Position numbers and translations under genes: made by a program. The notes under the pieces are model-generated. The model made no database searches and was not told the origin of the DNA. It saw only the letters and a list, made by a program, of their open reading frames with translations. Below are positions 36,898 to 45,127 of a stretch of DNA of 64,000 nucleotides, piece after piece; the first letter of the stretch is position 1; each line of letters opens with the position of its first letter. Origin of the DNA: Stellaceae bacterium. Lineage in GTDB: Bacteria; Pseudomonadota; Alphaproteobacteria; ATCC43930; CGMCC-115725. The stretch spans positions 21,900 to 85,899 of the forward strand of contig DASXFE010000128.1 in NCBI GenBank assembly GCA_036489765.1, written 5' to 3'.

Positions 36898-38235
36898 TCA
36901 TCCCTTACGTGCTCGCAGCCGGAATTCCGGCGGCGTGCCCGGCTGGATCGTCACGATCGCGGTCGGCACAACCGGCCGGTCCGCGTTCAATTCTACGTGA
37001 AACGCGCGGATCAGGATCGCGAGCACCAGCACCAGCTCGGTCAGCGCAAAGGACTGGCCGATACAGGTGTGCGGGCCGATCCCGAACGGCAGGTAGGCAA
37101 AGCGGGCGAGAGCCGCGGCGTCGGGCAGGAACCGCCCGGGCACGAACCGCTCGGGTTCCTCCCACAACGCGCGATGCCGGTGCAGCACCCAGGGCGCGAT
37201 CATGATCAGCGAGCCGGCCGGCACCACGACACCCTCGACGACATCGTCGCCGACCGCCTCGCGCACAATCACGAACGAGGGCGGATAAAGTCGCAGCGCC
37301 TCATCGACGGCCGCGCGCGTGTGGGTGAGCCGCGGCAGCGCATCGGCGGCGCGTTCGGCGTCGAGGTCGAGGGCGGCAGCCTCCTCGGCGATCGCTTCCT
37401 GCGCCTCCGGGTGGCGGGCGAGCAGATAGAGCGCCCAGAACATCGCCGAGGCCGTCGTGTCATGCCCGGCGACCACGACCGTCGCGACCTGGTCGGCGAG
37501 CTCTTCGGGATCTGCCGGGTCGTCCTCGGTTCCGGCCAGAACGGCGAACAGGTCGCGCGTCCCGGCGCGGCCCTGGCGGTCGGCGAGGATCGCGCCGATC
37601 AGCGCCCGCCACTCGCGGCGGAACCGGCGCCGCGCGAGATCGGTCGGGCTCGGCACGCGGGCGGGCAACAGGAAATCCGCCAAGGTTGGCCGGCCGAGCC
37701 GCGCCGCGTAGTCCATGATCAAGCTCTGCAGCCGCGCCCCGTACCGCGCCATGTCGAGCGAGAACATCGTCTGGCCGATGATCTTCAGGGCCAGTCGCCG
37801 CAGAATCGGGATCAGGCTGAACGACATCCCGGCCATCGGCGTGAGCTCGGCGACGAGCCCCTGCGCCGCCGTCGCGACCTGCCCGGCAAGCAGCGCGACC
37901 GCGCGCGGATTGAACCCGTGTGCCGCGGTCTGCCGTTGCCGGCGCCAGTCCTCGCCGGTGGTGAAAAACAGCCCGCGCCCGAACAACGGCCGCAGCACCC
38001 GCGCGGTCGCCGCGCTGCGCCGGTAATTGTCGGCGTTGGCGATCAGCACATGGCGGATCGCCTCGGGCCGGTTTTCGATGATCATGCGGCGCCCGAGGAA
38101 ATGCTGGACCACCACCTCGTGCTTGAAGGCCGCCTCGGGAAAGGCCGCCAGCGCATTTCCGCGCAGCGCGCCGGCCACCGATCGCCACGACAAGCGTGCC
38201 GGGACCGCCGCCGACGCCGACCCGATGTGCTCCAT
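36898..38235 (-). CDS. Cytochrome P450
   Basis: Heme-binding loop FGIGPHTCIGQSFA, I-helix-like VAGHDTTA, ExxR (EALR). It lies between shc and hpnG on the same strand. Confidence 0.9.
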   Translation of the reverse strand: MEHIGSASAAVPARLSWRSVAGALRGNALAAFPEAAFKHEVVVQHFLGRRMIIENRPEAIRHVLIANADNYRRSAATARVLRPLFGRGLFFTTGEDWRRQRQTAAHGFNPRAVALLAGQVATAAQGLVAELTPMAGMSFSLIPILRRLALKIIGQTMFSLDMARYGARLQSLIMDYAARLGRPTLADFLLPARVPSPTDLARRRFRREWRALIGAILADRQGRAGTRDLFAVLAGTEDDPADPEELADQVATVVVAGHDTTASAMFWALYLLARHPEAQEAIAEEAAALDLDAERAADALPRLTHTRAAVDEALRLYPPSFVIVREAVGDDVVEGVVVPAGSLIMIAPWVLHRHRALWEEPERFVPGRFLPDAAALARFAYLPFGIGPHTCIGQSFALTELVLVLAILIRAFHVELNADRPVVPTAIVTIQPGTPPEFRLRARKG

Positions 38236-38289
38236 GTCTAGTGTACAGGTGGAATGCCGCCGAGTTCCCCGCGCGATACGCGATCTATG

Positions 38290-40212
38290 TCAAAGACCGA
38301 ACGGAACCCGCTCGGAGTTGGCACGCGCCAAAGCGCGGTGGCGCGCCAGCGCCCACAGCGGGAAGAAGGCGCGATAACCATGATACCGCAGGTAGAACAC
38401 TCGCGGAAATCCGACAGCCGTAAACCAGGGCTCGTCCCAGGTCCCGTCGGGAAGCTGGGTTGACACGAGATATTCGATCCCACGCGACACCGCGTCGTGC
38501 CGGGCCTCGCCCGCCGCCATCAGCGCCAGGATGGCCCAGGCGGTCTGCGAGGCTGTGCTGTAGTCGGCGATGCCGTGCGCGGCGCCCTCGTAATAGCTCT
38601 CCGCGCGCTCGCCCCAGCCGCCGTCCTCGCGCTGGCGCTCGATGAGCCAGGCGACGGCCCGGCGCATTTCCGGGGCCTGCGGCGGCACGGCGGCCGCATT
38701 CAACGCCGCCAGCACCGACCAGGTGCCGTAGATGTAATTCGTGCCCCAGCGGCCGAACCAGCTCCCGTCGGCCTCCTGCTCGCCGCGCAGATAGGCGAGC
38801 GCCCTGGCCATCGTCGGATGGTCGGGGGCATAGCCGAGTTGGGCCAGGGTGCAGACGCAGCGGGCGCTGACATCCGCTGTCGGCGGGTCGAGCAGCGCGC
38901 CGTGATCGGCGAATGGGATGTGGTTGAGCCCGTAATGGGTGTTGTCGGCGTCGAAGGCGCCCCAGCCGCCGTTGCGGCTTTGCATGCCGACGATCCATTC
39001 CGCCGCCCGTTCGATCGCGGCGCGGTAGCGGCCGCGGCCGAACCGGTCCATCGCCAGCGCGACGACGGCGGTATCGTCGACATCCGGGTAATGCGGGTTG
39101 GCGTACTGAAAGGCCCAGCCGCCCGGCCGCAAATCCGGCCGCTGCGCCGCCCAGTCACCGGCGACGTCGAGCACCTGCGTCGATTCCGCCCAATCGAGCG
39201 CCCGCCGCAGCGCCGTCGCGATCCGTTCGTCGCCGGTGTCGAGGAGCGCATGCGCGGCGAGCCCGGTATCCCAGATCGGCGACAGGCACGGCTGGCAATA
39301 GGGCGGGTCAGCCTCGGTGGTCAGCAGCTTTTTGATCGCGCCCACCGTGGTCGCGCAATTCGGATGGTCGCGCGGATAGCCGAGCGTGTCGTACATCATC
39401 AGCGCGTTGGCCATCGCCGGAAAGATCGCGCCAAGCCCGTCTTCGCCATTGAGCCGTTCGGTGACAAAGGCGACCGCCCGGGCGACCGCGCGCCGACGCG
39501 CCGCCGCCGGAAAATACGGAATCGCCCGGCGCAGCATCCCGTCGATCCGCACGAGGGCGCTTCCGACCCGCGACGGGTTCGGCGGCCGGATCCACTCGTG
39601 CACCTCGTCCGGCGGCGTGACGAAGAGCTCGGCGATCGAGATGCCGCGCGGGTTGCGCGCCCGAGGCCGAAGCGCCATCAGCACCAAGAGCGGCACCATC
39701 ACCGTGCGCGACCAGTACGACACCTTATCGATGTGAAACGGGAACCACCGCGGCAGGAGCAGGATCTCGACCGGCATCGCCGGTGTCGCCCGCCACGGCA
39801 CCTGCCCGAAGAGCGCGAGCATGATGCGGGTGAAGACATTCGATTTCTCGGCCCCGCCCGCCGCGAGGATCGCCGCCCGGGCCCGCGCCATATGCGGCGC
39901 GTCCACCGGGTCGCCGGCCATCTTCAGCGCGAAATAGGCCTTGACCGAGCAGCTCACGTCGAGCTGGCCGTCGTGGAACAGCGGCCACCCGCCATGCTCG
40001 CCCTGCTTTTCCCGCAGATAGATGGCGATGCGCTGCTCAAGCTCCGGCTCAAGCGTGTCGAGGAAGTGGTTGAGAAAGATGTACTCGGCAGAGATCGTCG
40101 CGTCGGCTTCGAGCTCGAAGCACCAGGCGCCGTCGGCCCCCTGCCGCCCCAGCAGGTCCGTCGTAGCCCGTTCGATCGCGGTGTCGAGTGGGGAGGCGTC
40201 GCCCGCCATCAA
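38290..40212 (-). CDS. shc: Squalene-hopene cyclase
   Basis: 640 aa with the catalytic DVDDTAVV (DxDDTA) motif and multiple QW repeats (e.g. QNGGWGAF, EDGGWGER, PDGTWDEP). Confidence 0.95.
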   Translation of the reverse strand: MMAGDASPLDTAIERATTDLLGRQGADGAWCFELEADATISAEYIFLNHFLDTLEPELEQRIAIYLREKQGEHGGWPLFHDGQLDVSCSVKAYFALKMAGDPVDAPHMARARAAILAAGGAEKSNVFTRIMLALFGQVPWRATPAMPVEILLLPRWFPFHIDKVSYWSRTVMVPLLVLMALRPRARNPRGISIAELFVTPPDEVHEWIRPPNPSRVGSALVRIDGMLRRAIPYFPAAARRRAVARAVAFVTERLNGEDGLGAIFPAMANALMMYDTLGYPRDHPNCATTVGAIKKLLTTEADPPYCQPCLSPIWDTGLAAHALLDTGDERIATALRRALDWAESTQVLDVAGDWAAQRPDLRPGGWAFQYANPHYPDVDDTAVVALAMDRFGRGRYRAAIERAAEWIVGMQSRNGGWGAFDADNTHYGLNHIPFADHGALLDPPTADVSARCVCTLAQLGYAPDHPTMARALAYLRGEQEADGSWFGRWGTNYIYGTWSVLAALNAAAVPPQAPEMRRAVAWLIERQREDGGWGERAESYYEGAAHGIADYSTASQTAWAILALMAAGEARHDAVSRGIEYLVSTQLPDGTWDEPWFTAVGFPRVFYLRYHGYRAFFPLWALARHRALARANSERVPFGL

Positions 40213-40227
40213 AGGCTCTGCGTTCTC

Positions 40228-41481
40228 CTATCCGGCGACCAGTCCCGCCGCGGCAAGGCCGGAGCGAATAGCGCCTTCGATCGTGGCGGGCAAGCCGGTA
40301 TCGACATAATCGCCCGCAAGGAGAAGGTTGTTCCAGCGCGTTTGTGCGGCCGGGCGCCGCAAGAGCTGCGCCGGCGTCGCGCGGAACGTCGCCCGCCGTT
40401 CCTTGATGATGCGGTATGGCGGCAGGTAGCAATCCCCCAACCCATAGGCCCCGGCGACATCCTCCCACAGCGCCGGCGCCAACTCCTCCCCCGGGGTGTC
40501 GACGAGCTCGTCGGCGGCACTGACCGTGACCGACAGGATCCCGGGCTTACGGAATACCCATTCCGCCGTCCCGCCGATGACGCCGATAAAGAGCGGCGCC
40601 CCCGCCGGCGCCTCGGCCCGGAAGTGCGCATTGACGATCGGCGCGAAGTCGTCGGGCACAGTGAGGTCCGGCACCAGCCGCGCCGCGATCGCCGCCGGCA
40701 CCGCGAGGACCACCTGGTCCTCGGACCCGAAGGCCACGGGACCATCGTCGAATTCGAGCCCGGCCACGCGATCCTCGGCAAAAACGAGCTGCCGCAGTCG
40801 CGCGCCGAGCCGGACCCCGGCCCCGGCCGCCCTGAGCCGCGCCAGCGCCGGATCGACGAATGTCTCGGACAGCCCCTCGCGCGGCACCAGCGGCCGACAC
40901 GCCGCACCGCCGCGCCCGAGCGTCTCGTCGACGACCCGGGCGAACAGCGCCGCCGAGCCTTCCCACACGGCCGCATTGAGCGCCGCGACGGCAAACGGCT
41001 CCCAGAGCCGCCGGAACAGGGTGGTGTCGGGATCGAGCGCGGCGTCGACCGTCGCCTCGGCCGGGGCCCGCCGCAATCGGCGTATGGCGAGGTAATCGCG
41101 CAGCCGCGTACCCGGCACGCGCCGGTCCGGGCGCAGCACCCACCACGGGATGCGGCCGGGGCTCGGGCGCAGGTGCCAGCGCAGGTTGGCGTCGAAATCG
41201 GCAAAGGCGAGATCGGCCTCGTCCGGCCCTTCGAGCGTATCGCGCGCGCCGATCATCCCGAGATAGGCCATCGCCGAGTCGTTGCCGGCCAGCAGCAGAT
41301 GGTTGCCGTTGTCGATCCGGCAGCCGAGCTCGCTGTCATGGTACGAGCGGCAGCGTCCGCCGGCATGCGCCGCGGCCTCATAGAGCGAGACCGTCCGGCC
41401 CCGCTCAGCCAATCCGACCGCCGTCGCAAGCCCCGCCATCCCGGCACCGACGACGTGGGTTCTAGCCAGAGGCCCCGCCAT
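40228..41481 (-). CDS. hpnE: Hydroxysqualene dehydroxylase HpnE (FAD-dependent amine-oxidase fold)
   Basis: N-terminal dinucleotide fold HVVGAGMAGLATAVGLAERG. Its position between hpnD and shc fits. Confidence 0.88.
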   Translation of the reverse strand: MAGPLARTHVVGAGMAGLATAVGLAERGRTVSLYEAAAHAGGRCRSYHDSELGCRIDNGNHLLLAGNDSAMAYLGMIGARDTLEGPDEADLAFADFDANLRWHLRPSPGRIPWWVLRPDRRVPGTRLRDYLAIRRLRRAPAEATVDAALDPDTTLFRRLWEPFAVAALNAAVWEGSAALFARVVDETLGRGGAACRPLVPREGLSETFVDPALARLRAAGAGVRLGARLRQLVFAEDRVAGLEFDDGPVAFGSEDQVVLAVPAAIAARLVPDLTVPDDFAPIVNAHFRAEAPAGAPLFIGVIGGTAEWVFRKPGILSVTVSAADELVDTPGEELAPALWEDVAGAYGLGDCYLPPYRIIKERRATFRATPAQLLRRPAAQTRWNNLLLAGDYVDTGLPATIEGAIRSGLAAAGLVAG

Positions 41482-41530
41482 TCACATTCCGATGCAAATC
41501 GCCCAAGGCATCACCTTGGCCGCGCCCTGG

Positions 41531-42406
41531 TCAAACGATCCCGTGGCGCAAGACCAGCCACAGTTTCCGCGGTTTCGACAGGCTGACGCGCGCGGCCGGG
41601 TCGCGCCACCCTGACGCCACGAGCGCCCCCAACATCGCGTGATAGAACGCGCCCATCACCGCCGCCGGGCGCATCGCCCGGCGCGAGCACAGCGCCATCG
41701 CCCGCTCCGCCTCGCCGAAATGCCGCTCGGCAATCTCCGCGAGGTCGCGGCACACGGCGGGGAGGGCCGGGTGGCGCAATACCGCGGCCGGATCGTCGGT
41801 GCGGATGCCGTGGCGGCCCAGCAACTCATGCGGCAGATAAAGCCGCCCCCGCGCCGCATCCTCGTCGAGGTCGCGCAGGATGTTGGTGAGCTGCAACGCC
41901 CGGCCGAGCGCATCGGCGACCCGGTGCGCGGCCTCGCCCGCATCGCCGAACACGTGCACCGACAGATGCCCGACCGCGCCCGCGACCCGCCCGCAATAAA
42001 GGTCGAGCGTCTCGAGGTCGGGCGCGCGGATATCGGTCACCGCGTCCATCTCCATCCCGTCGATGACCGCCTCGAAATCGCCACGCCGCAGCGCAAAGCG
42101 GGCGACCGGCTCGCGCAGCGCGCGGGCGACCGGGTGGTGCGGCGTGCCGGTATAGAGCGCGGCGATCTCATCGCGCCACATCGCCAGCCCCGCCTGCTTT
42201 GCGGCTAAGGTCGGCAGGTCGTCGGCGATGTCGTCGACCTCGCGGCAAAACGCATAGACCGCGTACATCCCGTCGCGCCGCGCCTCGGGCAGGAGGCGCA
42301 TCGCCCAGTAGAACGAGGTGCCTGCCGCCTCGACTCTGCGCCGGATCAGATCCTTGAGCGCACCCTCGTCGAGCGCCGCCCCTTCGTCGATCGCCAAACT
42401 TGTCAT
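41531..42406 (-). CDS. hpnD: Presqualene diphosphate synthase HpnD
   Basis: Squalene/phytoene synthase fold. SFYWAMRLLPEARRDGMYAVYAFCREVDDIADD and NILRDLDEDAARGRLYLP (two Asp-rich motifs). Confidence 0.9.
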   Translation of the reverse strand: MTSLAIDEGAALDEGALKDLIRRRVEAAGTSFYWAMRLLPEARRDGMYAVYAFCREVDDIADDLPTLAAKQAGLAMWRDEIAALYTGTPHHPVARALREPVARFALRRGDFEAVIDGMEMDAVTDIRAPDLETLDLYCGRVAGAVGHLSVHVFGDAGEAAHRVADALGRALQLTNILRDLDEDAARGRLYLPHELLGRHGIRTDDPAAVLRHPALPAVCRDLAEIAERHFGEAERAMALCSRRAMRPAAVMGAFYHAMLGALVASGWRDPAARVSLSKPRKLWLVLRHGIV

Positions 42407-42419
42407 GTGAGGGGGCTCG

Positions 42420-43256
42420 TCATGCGAAAAGGCCGGTTACGAGCGCCATCGCGAAATCGACCTTGCCGAGCTTGACCCGCCCGGCGAGCGGGTCGCCGCG
42501 CCGCAAATGCCGCGCGAGCCGCGCCGCCAATTCGACGATCGCCCGCGACTCCCGCCTGAGGCCGCCGGCCTTCACGCCCGCCGGCAAACCCCGCGCCGTC
42601 GCGACCAGCGCCTCGGTCCGCGTGAGCAGCCCGTCCAGCGCGCGCCGAAACCCCGGGCTCGATCGCGGCTCGGTCAGTACCGCGACCGTCAGCCCCTCGG
42701 CCGACAGCGCGTCGAGCGGCACATACACCCGGTCGAGCTCGCGAAAATCCTCGGCGCAATCCTGCAGGTGGTTCAGCACCTGCAGCGCCGAGCACAGCGC
42801 GTCCGAGGCCGGCCAGGTGTCGCGGCTCTCGCCGTGCAGGTCGAGGAGCTGGCGCCCGACCGGCGACGCCGAATAGCGGCAATATTCCATCAGCTCGCCC
42901 CAATCGGCATAGCGCAGCTTCGTCGCGTCGAGCCGGAAGGCACGCAGCACGTCGTGGCAATGCTGCGCCGTGACCCCGGTCGCGGCGAGGCTCGTGCGCA
43001 TCGCCGTCGCGGCCGGCGCGTCGTCGCCCTGCGCCCCCTCCAGCACCTCGGCCATGCGGTCGAGCCGCCGCAGCTTGTCGTCGGCGGCGAGCGCCGGGTT
43101 GTCGGCGATGTCGTCCGCGTTGCGGGCAAAGCGGTAGAAGGCGTGGACGTGCACACGCAGGTCCTTGCGGATCAGGAACGAGCCGACCGGAAAATTCTCG
43201 TCGCCCCGCCCCTTCCCCGACGGCGTCTCCAGCGATGCGGGTGCCAGCGCGGTCAT
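42420..43256 (-). CDS. hpnC: Hydroxysqualene synthase HpnC
   Basis: ENFPVGSFLI...FYRFARNADDIAD and LNHLQDCAEDFRELDRVYVP. ATG 43256 overlaps the hpnA stop (ATGA). Confidence 0.9.
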   Translation of the reverse strand: MTALAPASLETPSGKGRGDENFPVGSFLIRKDLRVHVHAFYRFARNADDIADNPALAADDKLRRLDRMAEVLEGAQGDDAPAATAMRTSLAATGVTAQHCHDVLRAFRLDATKLRYADWGELMEYCRYSASPVGRQLLDLHGESRDTWPASDALCSALQVLNHLQDCAEDFRELDRVYVPLDALSAEGLTVAVLTEPRSSPGFRRALDGLLTRTEALVATARGLPAGVKAGGLRRESRAIVELAARLARHLRRGDPLAGRVKLGKVDFAMALVTGLFA

Positions 43257-44266
43257 GCCTTCGTCCGCCCCAGATAGCCGTTGGCCGCAAACCACCCGAC
43301 GGCGTCGGCGATCGCGAGCCGCGCCGGCCGCGCCTCATAGCCCAATTCGCGCCTCGCCCGCGCCGACGAAAAGAACATCTTCTTACGCGACATCCGCGCC
43401 CCATCCAACGTGACGAACGGCTCGCGCCGGGTGACCCGGGCCCCGAGCTCGGCGCAGACCGCCGCCGTGATGACGACGCCATACGGGACGCGCCAGCGCG
43501 GCGGGCGGCGCCCGACCACCCGCGACACCTCGCCAAGGATCTCGGAGAGGCTCATATCCTCGCCGCCGAGGATATAGCGCCGCCCGATCTCGCCGCGCTC
43601 GGCGGCGAGCAGGTGCCCCGCGGCGACATCGTCGACATGGGCAAGGTTGAGCCCGGTATCGACATAACCCGGCATCCGCCCGGCCGCCGCCTCGATCAAG
43701 ATGCGCCCGGTCGGCGTCGGGCGGACATCTCCGGGGCCGATCGGCGTCGACGGGTTGACGATCACTGCCGGCAGCCCCTTCTCGGCGATGAGCCCGTCCA
43801 CGACCCTCTCGGCGACGAACTTCGAGCGCTTGTAGGGGCCGATCATCTCGGCCTCGGTGCTCGGCGTCTCCTCGTCGGCGACCCCGCCCTTGACGATCCC
43901 CAAGACCGCGACGCTACTCGTATAGACGATCCGCTCGACCCCGGCCGCCAGCGCCGCCTCCATCAGCGCCCGCGTGCCGTCGACATTGGCGCGGAACATG
44001 TCGGCCGGGTCCGGCACCCACAGCCGGTAATCCGCCGCGACGTGAAAAAGATAGCGGCACCCTTGAACGGCCGCGGCCAGCGACGGCGCATGTTCCAGCG
44101 CCCCCTGGACAATCTCGACATCGAGCCCTTCGAGGTTTCGCCGCGGGCTCTTCGGCCGCGCCAGCACCCGCACCGGCACCCCCGCCGCCAGCAGCGCGCG
44201 CGCCACCGCCGCACCGACAAACCCGGTCGCGCCGGTGACGAGGGCAAGTCCGGGGGCAAGCGGCAT
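43253..44266 (-). CDS. hpnA: Hopanoid-associated NAD-dependent sugar epimerase/dehydratase HpnA
   Basis: Rossmann motif VTGATGFVG and SDR YxxxK context (YKRSK). It is the first recognisable hpn gene of the hpnA-C-D-E-shc run. Confidence 0.85.
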   Translation of the reverse strand: MPLAPGLALVTGATGFVGAAVARALLAAGVPVRVLARPKSPRRNLEGLDVEIVQGALEHAPSLAAAVQGCRYLFHVAADYRLWVPDPADMFRANVDGTRALMEAALAAGVERIVYTSSVAVLGIVKGGVADEETPSTEAEMIGPYKRSKFVAERVVDGLIAEKGLPAVIVNPSTPIGPGDVRPTPTGRILIEAAAGRMPGYVDTGLNLAHVDDVAAGHLLAAERGEIGRRYILGGEDMSLSEILGEVSRVVGRRPPRWRVPYGVVITAAVCAELGARVTRREPFVTLDGARMSRKKMFFSSARARRELGYEARPARLAIADAVGWFAANGYLGRTKA

Positions 44267-44331
44267 GCGGCAGAGACTACAAGCGCCGGCCGGGCGGCGC
44301 CAACCGGTAGCTCGGAATATCTGGCGGGCGC

Positions 44332-44949
44332 CTATTGTTCCCGCGGTCGGCTCGGGTTGCCGCAGACGAACCGGCCACCGGGCATTGCGATGCGGCTCGC
44401 CGGACCGATCGCATCGGCGGCGGGGACCTCGAAGTAACCGTTATTGGTCCGGCGCACGACGCCCGCGATATCCGCATCCATCGTGATCTTATCGACGTCC
44501 CGGTCGAGATAGCCGGTGGCGCTTGCGGGTTGACCGTTGACCAGCATCGTCTCTACGGGCCGGTGGTCGATATGATCACGCACGTAGTTCCCATAAGCGG
44601 CGACGGCTTCGGCCAGCCGATGGCGGTTTTCCGTGTTGCAGGGGAAGGCCTCGGCATTGGGTGCCGCGTCGCGGATCGTCTGGCGCATCGCGTGCGTTTT
44701 CGGATCTTCGGACGTGACCTGGAAGGTGGCGTGCTTCATCGCTTCGATTTGCGCGACGGCCTGCCGGAAGGTCGGCATACCGGTCGGCTCCTGGCCGGGC
44801 GGCGTCAACTTGAGCGAGCCGTCAGGGTTGGTCCGAGCGGCCGGCAGCGTCTTCGTCGGCAGCATCGTCATGCCGGGGATCGGTGCTCTCCACGCGATCC
44901 AGATGGCCAGGAGAAACAGGGCCCCGATACCGAAATGACGAAGCCGCAT
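44332..44949 (-). CDS. Hypothetical membrane-anchored/secreted protein (205 aa)
   Basis: N-terminal hydrophobic helix MRLRHFGIGALFLLAIWIAW. Coding-like GC3. It lies 65 nt upstream of hpnA and is co-directional with it. I recognise no family. Confidence 0.6.
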   Translation of the reverse strand: MRLRHFGIGALFLLAIWIAWRAPIPGMTMLPTKTLPAARTNPDGSLKLTPPGQEPTGMPTFRQAVAQIEAMKHATFQVTSEDPKTHAMRQTIRDAAPNAEAFPCNTENRHRLAEAVAAYGNYVRDHIDHRPVETMLVNGQPASATGYLDRDVDKITMDADIAGVVRRTNNGYFEVPAADAIGPASRIAMPGGRFVCGNPSRPREQ

Positions 44950-45127
44950 GGCTACCAGTACGAGAGGTTGTACCGCCGACGGTAAGGTGGCCGGGGTTAA
45001 AGGCAGCTTAACCGCGAGGCGGGCACTTGCGCGCGACTGTCATTAAATCGTCACGATCGACACGCTTGACTTGCGGCGACCGGCGATCCCGAGGCCGCCT
45101 GGTATGTCTGGATGATCTACCTGCCGG

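Noticed and set aside
38497-41586. A 1029-aa ORF on the plus strand.
   Set aside because: It lies entirely antisense to shc, hpnE and part of hpnD, which carry unambiguous catalytic motifs. The product is Arg/Pro/Gly-rich low-complexity sequence, typical of stop-free antisense frames in high-GC DNA.
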